From a virus, in the UHGV virus genome UHGV-0123226: a stretch of DNA of 64,000 nucleotides, one strand, 5' to 3'. The notes under the pieces are model-generated. The model worked only from the letters and a program-made list of their open reading frames with translations, had not been told where the DNA came from and did not search any database. The translations under genes were made by a program, and so were the position numbers. Shown here piece after piece: positions 9,175-19,000 of this stretch (the stretch's first letter is position 1; every line of letters begins with the position of its first letter).

Positions 9175-10077
9175 ATGACTTCACAGCAATATTGGATAAA
9201 GCGTATGGATGAAATCATGGCTTACGTTGATAAAACGGATTTAGATTTCTTCGATGAATTACAATCTATATACACAGAAAATCGCCAGAGCATCCAGAAA
9301 GAGATTTATAAATTTTATGCTCAGTATGCTAAAGAAAATAAAATCTCTATGCAAGAAGCAAAAAAACGGCTCATGAGGGAGGACTTAAGTGATTATCGAG
9401 AGAATGCTAAAAAATATTTCAAAGCGGCTAAAAAAGACCCGGAATTATTGAAACGCTTAAATGAACAATATAGAGCCGGAAAAGTCACTCGATTAGAGGC
9501 ATTACAGCTAGACTTGCTTTATCAATTAGGTGTGATGCGCGGTGATCTTGAACAATCATTTAATGACTATTTGAAAGAAGTCGCGAAGTACGCATATAGA
9601 AAAATATCTGGTGGAAATTCTGCGAGTACTTTAAATCTACCTGCCTTAGAACAATTAGTGAATACTCCATTCAATGGAAAAAACTATTCGCAAAGCATTT
9701 GGGGAAATGTAGATGATTTAGCTAATGACTTGAGGAATACTTTAGTTAAAGGATTTGTTAGAGGATTGGGTCCTGCTGAAATGGCAAGGGAGTTAAGGAA
9801 AAAATACAATGTAGCGCGTTCAAGAGCTGAAGCGATCATTCGTACAGACGGAACGAATATTATCAATAATGCTACGGCAAAACGCTATATAGATGCTGGT
9901 TTCACTGAATATGAATACCTTGCTCATATTGACAATCGCACTACTGAAATATGCAAAGGTCTAAACGGTGACGTCTTTAAATTAGCAGATTTTCAACCTG
10001 GTCTAAATGCACCACCGATGCACGTGAATTGTCGAAGTACGATCGTTCCAAGTAAAAAAGAATTGAGGGATGTTTAA
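9175..10077 (+). CDS. head morphogenesis / minor capsid protein (SPP1 gp7 family)
   Basis: C-terminal FQPGLNAPPMHVNCRSTIVP matches the conserved gp7/Mu-F-like motif; it follows the portal. Confidence 0.75.
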   Translation: MTSQQYWIKRMDEIMAYVDKTDLDFFDELQSIYTENRQSIQKEIYKFYAQYAKENKISMQEAKKRLMREDLSDYRENAKKYFKAAKKDPELLKRLNEQYRAGKVTRLEALQLDLLYQLGVMRGDLEQSFNDYLKEVAKYAYRKISGGNSASTLNLPALEQLVNTPFNGKNYSQSIWGNVDDLANDLRNTLVKGFVRGLGPAEMARELRKKYNVARSRAEAIIRTDGTNIINNATAKRYIDAGFTEYEYLAHIDNRTTEICKGLNGDVFKLADFQPGLNAPPMHVNCRSTIVPSKKELRDV

Positions 10078-10276
10078 AATGTTGCTAAGATTTATTGCTT
10101 TAATTATTGGCATGCCTTTCTTAGGGTTTTCACTAGCAATAACGATTATGCTGATTAAGACAGGAATTCATTACGAACAAAAAGAAGTACCACCAGATCC
10201 ATATGATTACCTTGACTCTGATTATGAAGAGCATTTGAGAAAGGAAAATAGTAATGAAAGAAAAAGCAAAAGTTAA
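10070..10276 (+). CDS. small membrane protein
   Basis: One hydrophobic helix (FIALIIGMPFLGFSLAITIMLI) and an acidic C-terminus. Confidence 0.35.
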   Translation: MFKMLLRFIALIIGMPFLGFSLAITIMLIKTGIHYEQKEVPPDPYDYLDSDYEEHLRKENSNERKSKS

Positions 10277-10601
10277 TGTGTTAGGCGTAGAATACACCAT
10301 TTATACAGAAGTAACTGAAGAAGATAAATCTTATATGAAAGGGAACGACGGTATTGCTGATTTTACGACAAAAGAAATATTTATTGCACCATTATACGAA
10401 GATGATCCGTATTGTATGAAGGACATGAAAGTCTATGAAAATCGTACGATTCGCCATGAAATTATCCATGCTATTTTATTTGAATCGGGATTAGACAATA
10501 ACGCAGAATGGCCAAGAAATGAAGAAATCGTTGATTGGATTGCTATTCAGTTTCCTAAATTATTAAACATTTACAAAGAATTAGAAGTTGAGTCGTTTTA
10601 A
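10254..10601 (+). CDS. small HExxH-motif protein (possible metallopeptidase)
   Basis: HEIIHAILFESG contains a zincin-like HExxH motif; unusual within a head module. Confidence 0.4.
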   Translation: MKEKAKVNVLGVEYTIYTEVTEEDKSYMKGNDGIADFTTKEIFIAPLYEDDPYCMKDMKVYENRTIRHEIIHAILFESGLDNNAEWPRNEEIVDWIAIQFPKLLNIYKELEVESF

Positions 10602-10679
10602 ACGGCTTTTTATTTTGTCCAGGCGTGGATGACAAAAAAAGCTACGGAAATGAGCAAGCATTGATTCTCAATAAAAGCT

Positions 10680-11339
10680 ATGGAAGGAGAAAGTCAAATG
10701 AAAACATGTAATTTATTACCAATGCAATTACAATTTTTTGCTGCAGATAATGGAAATGGTTCAGGTGGAGGAGATAATCATCAGCAACAAAATGAAGACG
10801 AACAAAAATCATTGAATCTCGATGAACTAGATGAAGAACAGCTGACTTCAATTAAAGAAAAGTTCGGATTAAAAGACGATAAAGATGTTGATGAGATTAT
10901 CAAAAGTAAAAAATCACGTTGGCAAAAAGATTTAGAAGAACAAAAGAATGAAGCCGCTCGTTTAGCGAAACTTTCAGAAAAAGAGCGACAACAAGCTATT
11001 CTTGATAAAGAAAAAGAAGAGTTTGAAAAACAAAAGGCTGAGTTCCAAAAACAGCAACTGTTCGTTGAAAAAGGAAATCAGTTAAAATCAGAAGGTATGC
11101 CTTCTGATTTTGCCCATAGAATTACCGGAGAAACAGCTGAAGAAATTCTAGAAGATGTAAAGGCATTTCGTGATGAATGGGATAAAGCTGTAGAAGCAAA
11201 GGTGAACGAGCGCCTTGCTAGCAAAAATAAGACACGAGTAGGCAATAATGGTGGTCAAATGACTAAAGCAGAAATTATGCAAATTAAAGACTCTAAAGAG
11301 CGTCAAAGAATGATTGCTCAAAATAGAGATTTATTCTAG
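10680..11339 (+). CDS. scaffolding protein
   Basis: Highly charged coiled-coil E/K-rich protein immediately upstream of the major capsid gene, with an N-terminal LQFFAA leader. Confidence 0.65.
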   Translation: MEGESQMKTCNLLPMQLQFFAADNGNGSGGGDNHQQQNEDEQKSLNLDELDEEQLTSIKEKFGLKDDKDVDEIIKSKKSRWQKDLEEQKNEAARLAKLSEKERQQAILDKEKEEFEKQKAEFQKQQLFVEKGNQLKSEGMPSDFAHRITGETAEEILEDVKAFRDEWDKAVEAKVNERLASKNKTRVGNNGGQMTKAEIMQIKDSKERQRMIAQNRDLF

Positions 11340-11351
11340 GAGGAATAACTT

Positions 11352-12329
11352 ATGAAAAATATGTCAAAAACTAATAAAGAACGTTTATTAAAAATGGATT
11401 TGCAACTATTCGCGGCAGAACCAGACCTTACAAAAATGGATGATTTAGGGGAAATTAAATCAATTGATTTTGTGAATCGTTTTGAGAAAGGCATCAAAGA
11501 ATTATTAGAGTTATTAGGTGTAACACGGTTAGAACCTTTATCTAAAGATATGAAAATTCAAATGTACAAATGGACAACGTCATTAAAAGATGGAAATGTT
11601 GCGGAAGGCGATGATATTCCTTTATCCAAAGTAACTCGAGCTAAAGGAAAATCATTTACAGTAACATTTAATAAATGGCGCCGTGCAGTAACTGCTGAAG
11701 CAATTGCTCGTCATGGAGCATCTATTGCGATTGATCAATCTGACGAAAAATTATTGCGCCAAATTCAAGGTGGAATTAAAACGCAATTTGTTAATTTTTT
11801 AGGGACAGCTCCTACTAAAATTCCAGCTGAAGGGTTACAAAAAGCGTTAGCACAATCATGGGGGAAACTAAGTACATTCGAAGAGTTTGATGGTGCTCAA
11901 TTTGTTTCCTTTGTAAATCCTATGGATGTAGCAACCTACTTAGGGGATACAAAAGTCTTAGCAGATGCATCTAATGTATTTGGTATGACCTTATTGAAAA
12001 ACTTTCTAGGTGCAACAAACGTTATTGTATTAAACGCAATTCCAGAAGGAAAGGTTTATTCTACCGCCGTTGACAATATCGTATTAGCATACTTGGATAT
12101 GAAGGCATCAGATTTAGGTGATATTTTTGTGGACTTCGTTGATGAAACTGGTTTTATTTCAGCGACTCGTGGACGTACTCTACGAAATGCAACATTTGAA
12201 TCATTGTTTATGAATGCTTTAACATTATTCCCTGAAATTCCAGAAGGTGTAGTAGAAGCAACAATTAGTGGTGAAACAACAACGACAACGACAAAACCAA
12301 CAACAACGACTACTACGACACAAGGGTAA
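11352..12329 (+). CDS. major capsid protein (with Thr-rich C-terminal tail TTTTTTKPTTTTTTTQG)
   Basis: 325 aa, follows the scaffold, carries an N-terminal LQLFAA leader; size and position fit a non-HK97-protease capsid module. Confidence 0.75.
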   Translation: MKNMSKTNKERLLKMDLQLFAAEPDLTKMDDLGEIKSIDFVNRFEKGIKELLELLGVTRLEPLSKDMKIQMYKWTTSLKDGNVAEGDDIPLSKVTRAKGKSFTVTFNKWRRAVTAEAIARHGASIAIDQSDEKLLRQIQGGIKTQFVNFLGTAPTKIPAEGLQKALAQSWGKLSTFEEFDGAQFVSFVNPMDVATYLGDTKVLADASNVFGMTLLKNFLGATNVIVLNAIPEGKVYSTAVDNIVLAYLDMKASDLGDIFVDFVDETGFISATRGRTLRNATFESLFMNALTLFPEIPEGVVEATISGETTTTTTKPTTTTTTTQG

Positions 12330-12343
12330 AGTAGGTTTCTAAT

Positions 12344-12727
12344 ATGGAAAATATAGAAAATGAATATGGTAATCGTCTGAAGGAAATCAAAGTTTTGTTA
12401 GGCATTTCTGACGAGCTCCAAGATGAATTGTTAACGTTAGTGATTCAAGACAGTGAAGAACGTATTTTATCTGTCTTGAATCAATATGCTCAAAAAAATG
12501 GAACAGATAAGTACGATGCTGTACCTGATAGTTTGAACTATATATTGAGAGATGTATCAATTAAACGTTTCAACAAAAGAAATAGTGAAGGGACAAGTTC
12601 TGACAGCGAAGAAGGTCGTTCTTTTACTTGGGAAAAGAGTTATTTGGATGAATATTTGAACATTTTAGACGAGTATACCAAGCCTGAAATTAGAGCTGGT
12701 AAAGGAATTGCGAGGTTTTTACCATGA
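12344..12727 (+). CDS. head-tail connector protein (gp6-like)
   Basis: 127-aa acidic protein directly after the capsid gene. Confidence 0.5.
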   Translation: MENIENEYGNRLKEIKVLLGISDELQDELLTLVIQDSEERILSVLNQYAQKNGTDKYDAVPDSLNYILRDVSIKRFNKRNSEGTSSDSEEGRSFTWEKSYLDEYLNILDEYTKPEIRAGKGIARFLP

Positions 12728-13002
12728 TTTATAACCATCGTTGTAAAATAGTCAAGAATATTACTACTGAAGGGTATTTAGGAGAAGAAGCCATTTCAAA
12801 AGAAGTTAGAACAGTACCTTGTAGTATCCATAATATTTCTTTTGATGAACAAATATCTTTCTTTGGAAAATACAATAAGAACGCACTTAAAGTTCATTTA
12901 CAGGGATATTTCTTCTTTGATGAAATTAATATAGACGGTATTTCTAAAAATATTTTTGATGTTAAGTTTCATCGCAATTCAACAGTTGTGATATTAACAT
13001 GA
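12724..13002 (+). CDS. head closure / head-tail adaptor protein
   Basis: 92 aa, overlapping start, position in the connector cluster. Confidence 0.45.
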   Translation: MIYNHRCKIVKNITTEGYLGEEAISKEVRTVPCSIHNISFDEQISFFGKYNKNALKVHLQGYFFFDEINIDGISKNIFDVKFHRNSTVVILT

Positions 13003-13346
13003 GCAAAGTTATTCAAATTGTTGGACTGAAGGCATTTGTTCGGGGTGTTAAGAAGCAAACAGAAAAAACAGAACAGTCTATTCATAAAGAGCTACAAAAA
13101 TCAGGATTTAGAGTTGAGAAAAGGGCTAAACAATTAGCACCGGTAGATACTGGATGGTTAAGAAGCAATATATATTCATATATGATGAGCAGAATGTGTG
13201 TAAGTATAGACTCGCCTGCTAACTATTCAATTTTCATCGAAGAAGGAACACGTTTCATGGCTGCTCAACCTTTCTTGTATCCTGCTGTAAAAGAAGAATA
13301 TCCAACATTAATGAAGAATTTACAAAAGATAGTTGGAGGTAAATGA
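12999..13346 (+). CDS. HK97 gp10-like tail completion protein
   Basis: LAPVDTGWLRSNI motif is characteristic of the gp10 family. Confidence 0.6.
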   Translation: MSKVIQIVGLKAFVRGVKKQTEKTEQSIHKELQKSGFRVEKRAKQLAPVDTGWLRSNIYSYMMSRMCVSIDSPANYSIFIEEGTRFMAAQPFLYPAVKEEYPTLMKNLQKIVGGK

Positions 13347-13704
13347 AGTGGAACATGCCCCAAATACTAAATTTTTAAAAGAGATTTCTGAAAAATTAAA
13401 TAAAACGGGAATCCCTATTTACTATAAACTTCCAGGGCCAGAAATTATTGAGCCTTTTTATGTTATTGGCAATCACTTTGACGATGATACAAAAAGTGCA
13501 AAATTTGGTGCTGCAATAGTGAACACTGATTTACAAATAGATTTATTTTATCCAGTAAATAGTAGAGCAAAAGTCGAAGATGTAATATATCAAACCAAAT
13601 CTGCTCTACGTACAAAGAAAATTAGTACAAATATTAGACCTGATAACACTATTGGCAGAGAAGTTTATCATGTCGTATTTAAAATATCTGATTATATTTT
13701 TTAG
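13333..13704 (+). CDS. tail terminator-like structural protein
   Basis: 123 aa, positioned immediately before the major tail protein. Confidence 0.4.
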   Translation: MEVNEVEHAPNTKFLKEISEKLNKTGIPIYYKLPGPEIIEPFYVIGNHFDDDTKSAKFGAAIVNTDLQIDLFYPVNSRAKVEDVIYQTKSALRTKKISTNIRPDNTIGREVYHVVFKISDYIF

Positions 13705-13715
13705 GAGGAATTCAT

Positions 13716-14345
13716 ATGCCAGAAACAGTAAATAACGGAATTAAAAAATTCCAAGGAACACCTATTAGAGGAAACCGTGTTTGGTACTTTATTCAAAGCA
13801 CACAAGTACCAATTGGATCTCCAGCTCTCTTGCCTGCGTTTCAAACAGATGGTACTACAACTATCGGCGGTGACAACATCGATGAACAAACAAAAATGGG
13901 GCGTATCATTTTAAAGTCAACTGATGAACATAGTATTGAATTGACACAATACTTTGCTCCCGATGATGAATCAATTGATGTTATTGAAGAAGCCAAAAAG
14001 AATGGACATTCTGTTAAAGTATGGCGAGTTGTTGTTGACGATACTCTTGCAACAGAAGAAGGCGCCGGAACTAAAGCTTATCCAGCTAAATTTGGTTATG
14101 GTATCCCTGACGAATTAGAATATGCTGAAGGAGAAGATTTAGTTGAAATTAGCTACACACTAAATATTGTAGGGAAATTGCAAGACGGAACATTTCCTTT
14201 ATCAGACGAAGACGTTGCAATGGTCGAAAGTTTGTATCAATTCCAACGCCCAGGAGAAACTACTGGTGATTATAGCAATATTGATAATGGAACAACAACC
14301 ACCACTACAAGACCTACAACAACCACAACGACAACTCAAGGGTAA
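13716..14345 (+). CDS. major tail (tube) protein (with Thr-rich C-terminal tail TTTTTTRPTTTTTTTQG)
   Basis: 209 aa with a strong RBS; precedes the chaperone and tape measure genes. Confidence 0.65.
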   Translation: MPETVNNGIKKFQGTPIRGNRVWYFIQSTQVPIGSPALLPAFQTDGTTTIGGDNIDEQTKMGRIILKSTDEHSIELTQYFAPDDESIDVIEEAKKNGHSVKVWRVVVDDTLATEEGAGTKAYPAKFGYGIPDELEYAEGEDLVEISYTLNIVGKLQDGTFPLSDEDVAMVESLYQFQRPGETTGDYSNIDNGTTTTTTRPTTTTTTTQG

Positions 14346-14350
14346 TTAAA

Positions 14351-15259
14351 ATGAAATACCTATTATGTCAGCCTGCGATTCAAAGATTTAAATGGGAATT
14401 AGAAGTGTGTCTTACTAACTTAAAAAAAGTAGGAATTGAAGACATCGTATTGCTCTTTTCGAAACATGATCCATCAATTCCTGTGTATTTTAAAGAAGAG
14501 TATGGTGTAACAGTGCATACTTATGAGGATAATCGAAGGGATAAAAGCTATATCCCTTCGATTAAACCTTATTTGTGGTGGCAATATTTAAAAGAAGACC
14601 CTAGTAGGGAAAAAGAAACATACTTCTATATGGACTCAGATGTGATTTTTAGAGAACTGATTAATTTCAACAAGTTTAATTTGAAAGAGGATGTTTGGTA
14701 CTGTTCAGATTGTAATGGCTACTTAAATATTGATTATATACGTAGCTGCAAAAATGGAGACAAAATATTGCAGGAGATGTCCGGTATAGTTGGTGTCAAT
14801 CTTGAATCACTTGAAACAATTAATAGTAATTCAGGTGGGGCTCAATGGGTTATAACCAATCCGAAAAAAGAATATTGGGAAAAGGTTTATTGTGATTCAA
14901 TACGTTTATTCAAGTATTTAAATTACCAAGACAGTAATATTCAAATTTGGACTGCGGAAATGTGGGCTCAATTATGGAATATGTTAGTTTTTAACATAGG
15001 CCCGAAAATCGATGAAGAATTAAATTTTTGCTGGCCAACTGATCCAGTCAATAAATGGTACGAAACAAAAATATTACACAATGCAGGTGTAACTGAAAAA
15101 GATAAAGATTTATTTTTTAAAGGAAAATATGTTAATACTAGTCCTTTTGAAGATAGGTTAGATAATATGGCTAAAGATAAAGCAACTATAAAATATATAG
15201 AAGCTATAAAAATGGCTAAAACAGGAGGAAATAATATATGTCATTTGCAGTTAAATTAA
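14351..15259 (+). CDS. putative GT-A-type glycosyltransferase (DxD motif) inserted in the tail module
   Basis: 302 aa. ETYFYMDSDVIF at about residue 95 (a DXD motif) is preceded by a hydrophobic beta-strand-like IVLLFSKHD. Inserted between the major tail protein and the chaperone, where no gene normally sits. Confidence 0.4.
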   Translation: MKYLLCQPAIQRFKWELEVCLTNLKKVGIEDIVLLFSKHDPSIPVYFKEEYGVTVHTYEDNRRDKSYIPSIKPYLWWQYLKEDPSREKETYFYMDSDVIFRELINFNKFNLKEDVWYCSDCNGYLNIDYIRSCKNGDKILQEMSGIVGVNLESLETINSNSGGAQWVITNPKKEYWEKVYCDSIRLFKYLNYQDSNIQIWTAEMWAQLWNMLVFNIGPKIDEELNFCWPTDPVNKWYETKILHNAGVTEKDKDLFFKGKYVNTSPFEDRLDNMAKDKATIKYIEAIKMAKTGGNNICHLQLN

Positions 15260-15714
15260 AAGAGAAACAATTAGAAATTAAGTTTAATTATGGAATGTTA
15301 TTTAAAGCTAATAAAAAGCTAGGTACAAAAGATGCTCAAGGTAACTCACAAAATGATGGCGCAGGTGTTCTTTTTGTAAAAGTTCTAGAAGAAGATGATG
15401 ATGCGCTTTTTGATATTATCAAGCTGGCTTCAAAAGATAAAGTAACAGATGAAGACATTGCGAAGTCTGTTCAGGATTTTGTGGAAACTTTTGAAGATGA
15501 AGAAGAAGGATACAGCATGGTATTTGAAACACTTAAACAAGAAATGTTGGATTCTGGTTTTTTCGTGAAGAAATTGAAGAAATATATCAACAATCTAGAG
15601 AAAGCAGCAGATTACTTGAAGAGCCAACAACCGACCGAAGAGATTCAAAATCCAGAGCAACAAGCAAAAGCGGTCAAAGATTTAGCAGATCGAATCAAGA
15701 AAGAAATCTCATAG
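15238..15714 (+). CDS. tail assembly chaperone (gpG-like)
   Basis: 158 aa, acidic, immediately upstream of the tape measure gene. Confidence 0.55.
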   Translation: MSFAVKLKEKQLEIKFNYGMLFKANKKLGTKDAQGNSQNDGAGVLFVKVLEEDDDALFDIIKLASKDKVTDEDIAKSVQDFVETFEDEEEGYSMVFETLKQEMLDSGFFVKKLKKYINNLEKAADYLKSQQPTEEIQNPEQQAKAVKDLADRIKKEIS

Positions 15715-16028
15715 TGAATTGTGCTAGGCAAGGATTAGTGGATATTCCATTAATTATGTCTTGTTATAAGTGGGAGTTAGAAGCGATTTTAGAAGGATTA
15801 GCTTTGAAAAGTGTAGATGAACAAGAACAAAAAGCCCATTATGCGTTTACTTTAAGATATGTTTTGAATGCAAAGAAGCCAAAAATAAAAAAAGTATTTG
15901 ATAAAGAAAAAATTGAACGCAAAATAAAATCTATTTTTGCTACGACAAACGAAAAGGAAGAAACATACAATCGTGTGGAAAAGGCAAAAGAAGTGATGAA
16001 CTATTTCAAAAATAAAAAGTGGAGGTGA
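15714..16028 (+). CDS. probable gpT-like extension of the chaperone (-1 frame relative to 15238..15714)
   Basis: ORF in the -1 frame that abuts the chaperone stop and ends just before the tape measure gene; no canonical slippery site identified. Confidence 0.35.
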   Translation: MNCARQGLVDIPLIMSCYKWELEAILEGLALKSVDEQEQKAHYAFTLRYVLNAKKPKIKKVFDKEKIERKIKSIFATTNEKEETYNRVEKAKEVMNYFKNKKWR

Positions 16029-16032
16029 GTAA

Positions 16033-19000
16033 ATGGCTTTTGAAGGTGCTATTAACGCTGTTATCGGTGCTGATTTGTCGCAATATAATGCTGCAATGAA
16101 TAAAGTTTCATCTATAGCGAATAAAACTATGAATGATGTTGCTAACATATTACAAAGCGGATCTATGAGTACTACTCAAAAAGTCGGTCAAATTATGAGT
16201 AAGTTAGCTGATCCGATGCTAAATAGCGTTTCTAAAGTTTTACCACAAACTGTTGCATTATTTGAAAAAGCTGGCGGCGGTATTCAACGTGTAATTGCTG
16301 GAATCGGTGAAAAAATACCACAACCAATTAAAAAAGGGATGTCTGCTGCCAAGAATGCGGTTGTAAGTTCAGCTAAAGAAATGGGAGCTGGACTATCACA
16401 ACAAACATCAATAATTGGTAAAGCATTTTCGACAGTTGCTTCTAAAATACCACAGCCTTTTAAAAGTGCATTTAAAGCTGTTGGATCAAGTGCTAGTGAA
16501 ATAAGTTCAAAAATTACTACTTTAGGAACTAATATAGGTTCGAAGTTAACTAGTGCGTTTAATAGCGCTGGGTCAAAAGCGTCTAACGCACTAAATAAGA
16601 TGGTTTCAGGAACCAATAAAGCAGGATCAGCAACAGATGATTTAGTAAAAAAAATCATAGGTATTGGTGCAGCATACGCGGTAGCTCAAAAAGGTATATC
16701 AGCACTCTCTGGTGGATTTAAAGAAATTATAGGTGACTTGAACCAAGGCTCAGCTACATGGAAAACTTTCAATGCTAATATGGAAAATATTGGTAAAGGA
16801 AAAGATGAAATAGCATCTGTAAAAAAAGAGCTACAAGACTTTGCCACTAAAACAATTTATTCTGCTTCTGAAATGGCTACTACATATAGTCAATTAGCAG
16901 CTGTAGGAATAAAAAATACTGACAAATTGGTTATGGGGTTTGGTGGATTAGCTGCGGCAGCTGAAAATCCGACACAAGCGATGACAACGCTAAGCCAACA
17001 AGCTACACAAATGGCTGCAAAACCGATGGTTCAATGGCAAGATTTTAAATTGATGTTAGAACAAACTCCTGCAGGTATTGCAGCTGTTGCTAAAACTATG
17101 GGTATGTCAACCTCTGAAATGGTGACTGCGGTTCAAGATGGAAAAATTGCTACTCAAGATTTCTTTGATGCAATAACTAAAACTGGTACAAATGAAACGT
17201 TTTCAAAAATGGCTACCGAATATAAAACTGTCGGTCAAGCAATGGATGGCTTAAAGGAAACAATCACCAATAAATTACAGCCTGCTTTTGATCAGCTATC
17301 TCAAGTAGGGATAGAAGCAGTCAGCAAATTAACAGATAAAATTGGTGATTTTAATATGGATAAAATATCTGCAGCAGTAGATGTTGCTACAAATGTTTTA
17401 AGCCATTTTATCAATGGTACTGATTTGTCTAAAAAAAGTATTGATGCTTTAAAAGGTGCTATCCAAGGACTATTACCTATAGCTGCAGTACTGGGAAGCG
17501 CGTTAGTAGTCAGTAAAGCAGCTCCTGCAATTGCATCTCTTTCAAGCGGATTTTCAGCATTTTCAGGAGTATTAGGAGGTATGGTAAGCGGACCGTTCAA
17601 AATGTTTAGTTCTGGATTAACAGGTTTGATAGGTTTAATTCCTAAAATAGGAAGTAGCTTATCCATGGCAAGTTCTGTTGGGATGGGAGCCTTAGGTGGC
17701 ATGACTTCTGCAATGGGAACTATCATGCAAGTGGCTTTATCAGCTATAGGACCTGCAGCTATATTAGGGTTAGTTATAGCTGGATTGGGATTAATAAATA
17801 ATCAATTTGGAGCACAAATTGACCAATTATTAAACACAGTAACTACAAAAGGACCAGAAATTATCACTAATCTTGTTAATGGTATTACCTCACAATTGCC
17901 ACAACTTATGCAAAGTGGCACTGAATTAATTGCTAAACTAGCTAGTGCTATATCTACAATGATTCCAATAATCATAGATTCAGGTATGAAAATTATTGGA
18001 AGTCTTGTACAAGGTGTGGGGCAAAATGCACCGTCTCTTATAAATTCAGCGTTAGAAGTTATTACTTCATTTTTGAGCTCCATAGCAAGTGCATTGCCTG
18101 AATTATTAAAAATGGGAATGGAACTTTTGCTGAATATAGTTAAAGGAATCATTCAAAATATACCAAAAATAGTTGAATCAGTGAAAAAAATCTTGGATTC
18201 GTTTGTTAATTCTGTAATGGAAAATCTACCTCAAATTATAGATACGGGTATTCAGATTCTTCAGAATTTAATTGATGGTCTTACTCAATTATTGCCACAA
18301 ATTTTACCTGTCGCATTAAACGCGATTCTAACATTAATCCAAGGTTTAATGGATAATATACCTAAGCTTTTAGATGGAGCAGTCCAAATTATAAATTCAT
18401 TATGTAATTTTATTGTAGAAAACTTACCTATGATTCTAGACGCAGCAATGCAAATTATTATGGCCTTGGTTAATGGTATTGTTGAGAATTTGCCAAACAT
18501 CGTTTCTTCGGGAATACAAATCATTATGACGTTGATTGGCACGGTAATCCAGATGCTACCACAAATTATTGCTGCTGGGTGGGATATTATTAAAGCTCTT
18601 GCTGGTGCTATTTTAGAGGCTATTCCTAATGTTTTAAAAGGAGCTTGGGATGGTATTAAAAATGGGTTTTCAAATTTATGGAACACAATAACGGGTAAGT
18701 CATCTGAAACAAGCTCAAAAGTATCAAATGATGCTACTACTACTGCTACAAATTTGAGTTCATCTTATGGACAAGCAAGTTCAAATGTTGCTAATTCAAT
18801 GAACAACATGAATTTAAATGTAGGTAATTTGAGTACACAAGCCTCAAACAATGCAATTAATGCTTCTAATGCAGCTAAAGATGGTACGTCTTCAAACTAT
18901 AATCTACTAGCTACAAATGTATCAGGAACGATGAATAACCTTAATAGTGTAGTAAGTTCAAATTCAACTAAAGCAGCAAATGCTGCAACAAAAGAGTCTA

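Noticed and set aside
12270-12329. Thr-tract as a programmed +1 frameshift site generating C-terminally extended capsid and tail proteins, as reported for Listeria phage PSA
   Set aside because: The Thr tail ends in QG followed by a stop, and the next gene's RBS and start follow within 15-25 nt. I see no extended alternative frame or shifty-stop context. Glycosylation or a display tail is the better hypothesis.
16284-18686. Minus-strand ORFs (16284..16658, 17301..17726, 17802..18152, 18285..18686) inside the tape measure gene
   Set aside because: They are shadow ORFs antisense to a long, clearly coding Ala/Gly-rich gene. The proteins are low-complexity, with no RBS and no start context.
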